DNA of 64,000 bases from an uncultured Gammaproteobacteria bacterium (GTDB taxonomy: Bacteria > Patescibacteriota > Patescibacteriia > Magasanikbacterales > UBA922), in NCBI GenBank assembly GCA_964345045.1, contig CAYFPM010000002.1:36286-100285 (forward strand), in the 5' to 3' direction. The translations under genes were made by a program, and so were the position numbers. Shown one piece after another: positions 59,301 to 64,000 of the stretch. The stretch's first letter is position 1. Every line of letters begins with the position of its first letter. The notes below the pieces were generated by a model. It saw only the letters and a list, made by a program, of their open reading frames with translations, was not told the DNA's origin and ran no database searches.

Positions 59301-59577
59301 CGCCAGCACTTTTCTTTATAAACTTAGCGAAGAATCCAGCCCAAATATTGCCGAGGCAATTACCGAACAAGAAGTGGATTTGATTATAAATATTCCAAGG
59401 AATAATCTAAAGCAAGGGCAAATTACAGACGGTTACAAAATTAGGCGTCTAGCCATAGACCATCACATTCCGCTAATTACAAATCTAAAAATTGCTCAAG
59501 CTTTTTTGCAAGCTTTGATAGAACTAAAGGCAGAAAATTTAGAACCAAAAGCTTGGCAAGAATTTATTAAAAAATAA
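56386..59577 (+). CDS. carB: carbamoyl-phosphate synthase large subunit
   Basis: Duplicated ATP-grasp halves (ILILGSGGLRIGQAGEFDYSG and VLGSGPYCIGSSVEFDWC); start placed at MNKAQTIKKV. Confidence 0.9.
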   Translation: MNKAQTIKKVLILGSGGLRIGQAGEFDYSGSQAIKALKEEGIFTILVNPNIATVQTDNSMADQVYLQPLNVSTIEKIIKKEKPDSLLLSFGGQTALNLGLKLDELGILKKYNVKILGTPVRTIKITEDRELFKNSLDEISVKTAKSIAVTKVTDAIKAAKKIGYPVMMRSGYSLGGLGSGMVKNENELKEKATEALHAAPQILIEEYLGGWKEVEYEIVRDSADNTITVCNMENFDPMGIHTGESIVIAPSQTLNNQEYHLLREVAIKTARHIGIVGECNIQYALNPKNGDYRVIEINARLSRSSALASKATGYPLAFVAAKLSLGIKLNEIKNAVTKKTSAFFEPALDYLVVKIPRWDTNKLKEADRKIGSEMKSVGEVMAIGRSFPEALQKAVRMLNIGVYGLGDYPYKIKNLEEEIEFATDRRLFALYKFFLKNGSVEKAHELSKIDNWFLSHLQTIAKAEKKFKKEKKLTKETLLAAKKLGFSDKYTADRRNERQENIRKFRIKNKIVPVVKQIDTLSGEFPAETNYLYLTYHGTENDLKKSKQKPIIVLGSGPYCIGSSVEFDWCAVNTARELRKQGKSAIIINSNPETVSTDYDESDRLYFEELTLERVRDIYDFENSQGLIVSVGGQIANNLALLLEKKNYNILGTAAKDIDRAENRQVFSALLNKLEVDQPAWREVGNIAEAEDFADKVGYPVLVRPSYVLSGAAMNVIKDEMEMEKYLGDAAIVSPDHPVVVSKFIKNAKELEVDGVAKNGEIIIYAISEHVENAGVHSGDATIVLPPQRLYLETIRKAKNISKEIVKNLNITGPFNIQFLAKNNWLKVIECNLRASRSFPFVSKVTGHNFIKISTQILLNKYKKEEYQTLDLDYVGVKTPQFSYSRLKGANPVAHVEMASTGEVAVIADNYLEAFYTSWLATEQEIKGKKILLSIGDENKAKLLEQIEKLDEQGWEIYSTENTHRYLAERGIASTFLYKLSEESSPNIAEAITEQEVDLIINIPRNNLKQGQITDGYKIRRLAIDHHIPLITNLKIAQAFLQALIELKAENLEPKAWQEFIKK

Positions 59578-59592
59578 TTTAATTATTTAACT

Positions 59593-60513
59593 ATGCCAGT
59601 AAACTTCAAAGGCAGGGATATTATTTCTATACAAGATATATCCAAAGCAGATATTTTGCAGGTAGTAAAAATTGCAGAAAATTTGAAAAAAAATCCAAAA
59701 ACCAAATTATTAAAAGGCAAAGTAATGGGAAGTTGTTTTTTTGAACCTTCTACTAGAACCAGACTTTCTTTTGAAGCTGCTATGAATAAACTGGGTGGTA
59801 AAGTAATTGGTTTTGCAGACCCAAAAATGACTTCGTCCAAAAAAGGTGAAACCCTTTTTGACACTACCAAAATGGTCAGTCAGTACGTAGATGTTGTGGT
59901 AATGAGACATAGCATAGAAGGAGCTGCCAGAAGAGCCACCGAAGCCAGTAATGTACCGGTAATTAATGCTGGGGATGGTGCCAACCAACATCCTTCACAA
60001 ACTTTGCTTGATTTATTTACTATCAAAGAGTCCCAAAAAAAACTAAATGGTTTGCATATTGCAATAGTAGGCGATCTTAAATATGGTCGTACAGTTCATT
60101 CTCTGGCAGAAGCTCTCAAACATTTTGGGGCCAGACTTTACTTTGTAGCACCCAAAGAAATCCAAATGCCAAATTATATTTGTGATAAATTAAAAGCAGA
60201 GGGAGTTAAATTTTCCTTTCACGACACAATAGAATCTGTAATAAATAAAGTCGATATTCTATACATGACAAGAATTCAAGAAGAAAGATTTGCCGACAAA
60301 TTGGAATACGAAAAACTTAAAAACTCTTTTGTTTTGACTTTGGATCATTTGAAAAAAGCCAAAAGTAATATGAAAGTTTTGCATCCTTTACCAAGAGTTG
60401 ATGAAATTGAATACAAAATAGACAAAACTAAACACGCCTACTATTTTGAACAAGCTCAAAATGGTCTTTTTGTAAGACAAGCTCTCTTAGCCTTAACTCT
60501 TGGAAAAATCTAA
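59593..60513 (+). CDS. pyrB: aspartate carbamoyltransferase catalytic subunit
   Basis: Motifs STRTR and HPSQ. Confidence 0.9.
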   Translation: MPVNFKGRDIISIQDISKADILQVVKIAENLKKNPKTKLLKGKVMGSCFFEPSTRTRLSFEAAMNKLGGKVIGFADPKMTSSKKGETLFDTTKMVSQYVDVVVMRHSIEGAARRATEASNVPVINAGDGANQHPSQTLLDLFTIKESQKKLNGLHIAIVGDLKYGRTVHSLAEALKHFGARLYFVAPKEIQMPNYICDKLKAEGVKFSFHDTIESVINKVDILYMTRIQEERFADKLEYEKLKNSFVLTLDHLKKAKSNMKVLHPLPRVDEIEYKIDKTKHAYYFEQAQNGLFVRQALLALTLGKI

Positions 60514-60514
60514 T

Positions 60515-60976
60515 ATGAAAAAAACTTTGTCTGTAGCCGCTATCAAAAACGGCACTGTAATAGACCATATAGATGCTGGCAATGCTCTAAAAATTATCAA
60601 ACTACTAAGGCTACCCTCTGAACACAGACTGGTAACCACAGGTCTAAACTTGCCTAGCAAAGCCATGGGCAAAAAAGACATTATAAAAGTAGAGGGAAGA
60701 GAACTAACTGAAAAAGAAGTCAACACAGTGGCTATACTCGCTCCCAAAGCTAGCGTAAATATTATCAAAAACTACGAAGTCAAAAAGAAAATACCTATAC
60801 ATATTCCAGAAATAATTGAACAAATAATTAAGTGCCCCAACCCCACTTGTATCTGTAACAATGAAAAAATGGACACCAAATTCCATACCGAAGAAAGAAA
60901 AAAAGAATTAAGATTAACTTGTCACTATTGCGAAAAGCAATTTAAAAAAGAAGAAATTAAAGAATATAACGAATAA
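60515..60976 (+). CDS. pyrI: aspartate carbamoyltransferase regulatory subunit
   Basis: Motif IKNGTVIDHI and a C-terminal Cys4 zinc domain. Confidence 0.8.
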   Translation: MKKTLSVAAIKNGTVIDHIDAGNALKIIKLLRLPSEHRLVTTGLNLPSKAMGKKDIIKVEGRELTEKEVNTVAILAPKASVNIIKNYEVKKKIPIHIPEIIEQIIKCPNPTCICNNEKMDTKFHTEERKKELRLTCHYCEKQFKKEEIKEYNE

Positions 60977-60977
60977 C

Positions 60978-62201
60978 ATGATTGAAATAAAAAACGCTAC
61001 CAATATAAAAGGTGAAGTAAAAGATTATTTAATTGAAAGTTCTAGTGACAAAGTCATAGATGCCACTGGACTAACGATAATGCCTGCTCTAACAGACCCT
61101 CATGTTCACTTTCGTGTTCCCGGAGCCGAGCACAAAGAAAATTGGGTTACCGGAGCTAGGGCTGCTATAGCCGGTGGAGTGACCACAGTACTCGACATGC
61201 CAAACAATAATCCAAGCATTACTACCAAAGAAAGATTGCAAGAAAAAAAACAAATTATAAATGAGCAATTGGAAGAAGCAGAAATTCCTCTAAGATACCA
61301 ACTCTACATTGGAGCAACAGAAGACAAGGTAAACGAAATAGAAAATGCCAAAGGCGAATATGTTGGCATCAAAGTTTTTTTGGGCCAAAGCACTGGTGAC
61401 CTATTGATGCAAAGCCAAGCAGCTTTTGAAAAAGTTTGTGAAACAGCTGCCAAAGTTGGTGCCATAGTCGCCGTACATTCCGAAGATGATTTGGTTATGA
61501 ACGAAGCTAAAAGAGAACTTGAAAAAAATAAAGAAAAATTAGAAGTTACCGACCACCCCAAAATTAGACATCGTGAAGCTGCTATAGCCGCCATGAAAAA
61601 AGCTATTGCTGCTTGCAAAAAGTATGGCAATCGCATGTACATCTTGCACGCCAGTACCAAAGAAGAGGTAGACCTAATAAAAGAGGCCAAAGCCGATGGA
61701 TTGGATATTTTTCTAGAGACTACCCCTCACCATTTGTTCTTGGACGAGGTAGATCTTGGCAAAAAAGGAACCATGGTACAAATGAACCCACCGCTACGCA
61801 CCAAAGCCGATATAGAGGCCTTGTGGCAGGGTTTGAGAGATGGTACAGTGGATACTATTGGAACCGACCATGCCCCGCATACATTAGAGGAAAAACAACA
61901 GCCCTATGGCCAGGCTCCTTCTGGGGTGCCAGGCATAGAAAACTATTTGGCTTTGCTACTAAATGCAAATAAAGAAGGCAAAATAAGCCTAGAAAAAATA
62001 GTAGAAACTACTCAAAGAAATATAAACAAAATCTTTGGCCTAGAGCCAAACAAAGATGTAGTTTTGGTAGATTTGAACAAAACCAAAACTATAGAAGACA
62101 GCGACCAAAAAACCAAATGCGGTTGGTCGCCCTACTCTGGCATGACCCTAACTGGTTGGCCGGTTTATACAATAATGAAAGGTAAAATTTACAAAATTTG
62201 A
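60978..62201 (+). CDS. pyrC: dihydroorotase
   Basis: Metal-binding DPHVHFR motif and amidohydrolase fold. Confidence 0.85.
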   Translation: MIEIKNATNIKGEVKDYLIESSSDKVIDATGLTIMPALTDPHVHFRVPGAEHKENWVTGARAAIAGGVTTVLDMPNNNPSITTKERLQEKKQIINEQLEEAEIPLRYQLYIGATEDKVNEIENAKGEYVGIKVFLGQSTGDLLMQSQAAFEKVCETAAKVGAIVAVHSEDDLVMNEAKRELEKNKEKLEVTDHPKIRHREAAIAAMKKAIAACKKYGNRMYILHASTKEEVDLIKEAKADGLDIFLETTPHHLFLDEVDLGKKGTMVQMNPPLRTKADIEALWQGLRDGTVDTIGTDHAPHTLEEKQQPYGQAPSGVPGIENYLALLLNANKEGKISLEKIVETTQRNINKIFGLEPNKDVVLVDLNKTKTIEDSDQKTKCGWSPYSGMTLTGWPVYTIMKGKIYKI

Positions 62202-62211
62202 ATCATAACAC

Positions 62212-62679
62212 ATGGAATTTTTTTTACTACTATCATTTCTTTTGCTATATAGCGTATATCACAAACTTGAAAAAATTAATCTATTGGCAAAACACAATAC
62301 AATTGTTCTTAGCTATTACGAAAAGCTTCTTTTAAAGAAAGAGATTATAAACTTACATGACGTATTTGAGTCTAGGAGACTTATAAGAATAGACGTGGAT
62401 GATAAAAAATATAAAAAACTTGTTAAAACTGTTGTATCATGTGATAAAGATTTTAAAGAACTTAAACGTTATATAAGTTATTCTGATAAATATAAGAACT
62501 CAAGTGTAATGGAAGAAATGGCAGAGGATGCTGTGTACAAAAAAAATCATATTGATGTACTAGAAATACTAAAAATAATAAATAAAAATAAAATAAAAGA
62601 AAGTGGAGAGAAAGAGGAAGAATGGGTATATAGAAATTATGGAAAAAATTTCTTCTTTTCAGATGAAGAAGAAATATAA
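62212..62679 (+). CDS. hypothetical AT-rich ORFan inserted between pyrC and pyrD
   Basis: 155 aa at about 25% GC; Lys/Glu-rich with an N-terminal hydrophobic segment. Confidence 0.45.
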   Translation: MEFFLLLSFLLLYSVYHKLEKINLLAKHNTIVLSYYEKLLLKKEIINLHDVFESRRLIRIDVDDKKYKKLVKTVVSCDKDFKELKRYISYSDKYKNSSVMEEMAEDAVYKKNHIDVLEILKIINKNKIKESGEKEEEWVYRNYGKNFFFSDEEEI

Positions 62680-62702
62680 GTAACTGGAATCTTAATTTAA
62701 GT

Positions 62703-63611
62703 ATGTTAGAAACAAATTTTTTGGGAAAAAATTTTTCCAATCCCCTAGTTTTGGCTTCGGGAGTTTTAGGAGTTACTGGCGCCAGCATGGCTAGAGTTAT
62801 TAGAAATGGAGCTGGCGGAGTAACTATCAAATCATTATCAAAAGAACCAAGAAAGGGCCACCCCAATCCAACCATGTTTGGAACTGAAGAATACTTCCAC
62901 AACGCAGTTGGATTATCTAATCCCGGAGTCCACGAAGGCCTAGACGAAATTAAAAAATACAAAGAACTAACTCCGGCTCCAATGATTGGGTCTATTTTTG
63001 CTGGCACTCCAGAAGAATTTGCCGAAGTGGCCGAGGTATGTAACCAAGCTCCAATCGATATGCTAGAAATTAATGTATCTTGCCCAAACGTAAGTACAGA
63101 ATTTGGCGACCCTTTTGCCTACTCTGCCCCGGCAATAGAGACCATTACCAAAAAAGTCAAAGAAAAATCCAATGTGCCAGTAATAATTAAACTATCTCCA
63201 AACGCTTGGAATATTGCCGAACTAGCCAAAGCAGCCGAAGCTGCTGGAGCCGATGGACTGTGTTGTGTAAACACTGTTAGCGGCATGGTAATTGATGTGC
63301 GAGCCAGAAGACAAATTCTGCACAACCGCCAAGGTGGGATTTCTGGAAAAGCTCTCTTCCCGATTGCCCTTAATGCTGTACACCAAGTTTACAAAGCTGT
63401 AAAAATCCCCATTATTGGAACTGGCGGCATCACCACTGGCGACGATGCTTTGCAGATGATTATGGCTGGAGCTACCCTACTTGGTGTTGGCTCGGCAGTT
63501 TACCACCGCGGCGACGAAGTATTTGCAGACATTACAAATGAAATGAGAAATATAATGCAAGAAGAAGGGATAAATAATTTAGATGAGATTCGGGGTGTAG
63601 TTCACGATTAA
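62703..63611 (+). CDS. pyrD: dihydroorotate dehydrogenase catalytic subunit (class 1)
   Basis: Region GVTIKSLS...NVSCPN...IIGTGGI. Confidence 0.85.
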   Translation: MLETNFLGKNFSNPLVLASGVLGVTGASMARVIRNGAGGVTIKSLSKEPRKGHPNPTMFGTEEYFHNAVGLSNPGVHEGLDEIKKYKELTPAPMIGSIFAGTPEEFAEVAEVCNQAPIDMLEINVSCPNVSTEFGDPFAYSAPAIETITKKVKEKSNVPVIIKLSPNAWNIAELAKAAEAAGADGLCCVNTVSGMVIDVRARRQILHNRQGGISGKALFPIALNAVHQVYKAVKIPIIGTGGITTGDDALQMIMAGATLLGVGSAVYHRGDEVFADITNEMRNIMQEEGINNLDEIRGVVHD

Positions 63612-63717
63612 AAATAATTCCTCCCCCTAGTAGGGGGAGGCTAGGAGGGGGTTATCGGTCGTATTGTGGCCTCTCTCTGCCTCTCCCCTACAAGGGGAGA
63701 GAACTTAAAAAGAAAAT

Positions 63718-64000
63718 ATGAAATCTATAGACAAACCCATCATGATGCCTATAGCAGACATCACCGAAGAAAATGCCAATGTAAAAACTTTTTGGTTTGA
63801 TTTTGAACTGCCTAGTAAACCTGGTCAATTTGTAATGGTCTGGGTACCAGGAGTAGACCAAAAACCTTTTTCTATTGCTTACAACACTGGCAAAAGATTT
63901 GGGCTAAGTATTTTTGCGGTTGGCCCACTTTCAAACAAACTTTTTGAAATGAAAGTTGGTGACAGAGTTGGTATTACTGGGCCATACGGAGTGCCCTACA
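63718..64000 (+). CDS. pyrK: dihydroorotate dehydrogenase electron-transfer subunit PyrK, N-terminal part; gene continues beyond the window end
   Basis: N-terminus MKSIDKPIMMPIADITEENANVKTFWFDF...GQFVMVWVPG, an FAD-binding beta-barrel start. Confidence 0.75.
   Translation, partial: MKSIDKPIMMPIADITEENANVKTFWFDFELPSKPGQFVMVWVPGVDQKPFSIAYNTGKRFGLSIFAVGPLSNKLFEMKVGDRVGITGPYGVPY

Noticed and set aside
63668-63681. PyrR-binding-loop-like sequence (reverse complement ggcagagagaggcc resembles CCAGAGAGGCU)
   Set aside because: It is only on the minus strand relative to the pyr transcript, so it cannot act as an mRNA PyrR site; likely coincidental in a CT-rich hairpin.

Overview
Low-GC (about 38-40%) bacterial chromosomal window. 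It is gene-dense with mostly short intergenic spacers. Native genes have almost no Shine-Dalgarno (SD) sequences, promoters are sigma70-type, and several housekeeping proteins carry Lys-rich tails; this suggests a small-genome, uncultivated (possibly CPR/Patescibacteria-like) lineage, but the lineage cannot be proven from the sequence. Housekeeping genes recognised: typA (partial), tRNA-Asn, trpS, rnj, secG, rpmE, prfA, prmC, rplY, rodA/ftsW, gyrB, secE-nusG-rplK, ldh, rplA, dcd-kinase-dut-thyA-folA-tmk, gatB, carAB, pyrBI, pyrC, pyrD and pyrK (partial). Accessory or unusual content: (i) two paralogous ~1000-aa DUF2341 + LamG + peptidoglycan-binding membrane proteins, plus a DUF1360 protein, bracket an isolated rplA and split the normally fused rplK-rplA pair; (ii) a Met-rich thioredoxin lipoprotein sits next to a CcdA/DsbD-thioredoxin fusion; (iii) an RND pump is encoded with a long membrane-fusion adaptor and a small membrane protein; (iv) five GC-rich (about 50-55%) ORFan islands, four with strong GGAGG SDs that native genes lack; (v) two 'four-helix-bundle' (23S rRNA IVS-family) genes, each flanked by short inverted repeats and carrying a strong SD, are inserted between prfA/prmC and thyA/folA; (vi) two families of intergenic palindromic repeats: a GTCAT...ATGAC MITE/REP-like family (5-6 copies, one apparently in-frame inside carA) and an AAGCAGATTAGGCAG family (3 copies); (vii) a ~290-nt GC-rich region between two intrinsic terminators downstream of rplK that is a candidate structured ncRNA; (viii) a D-armless tRNA-like structure, an 18-bp perfect hairpin in the thyA leader, and other structured intergenic elements. 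No CRISPR array, transposase or integrase was seen.
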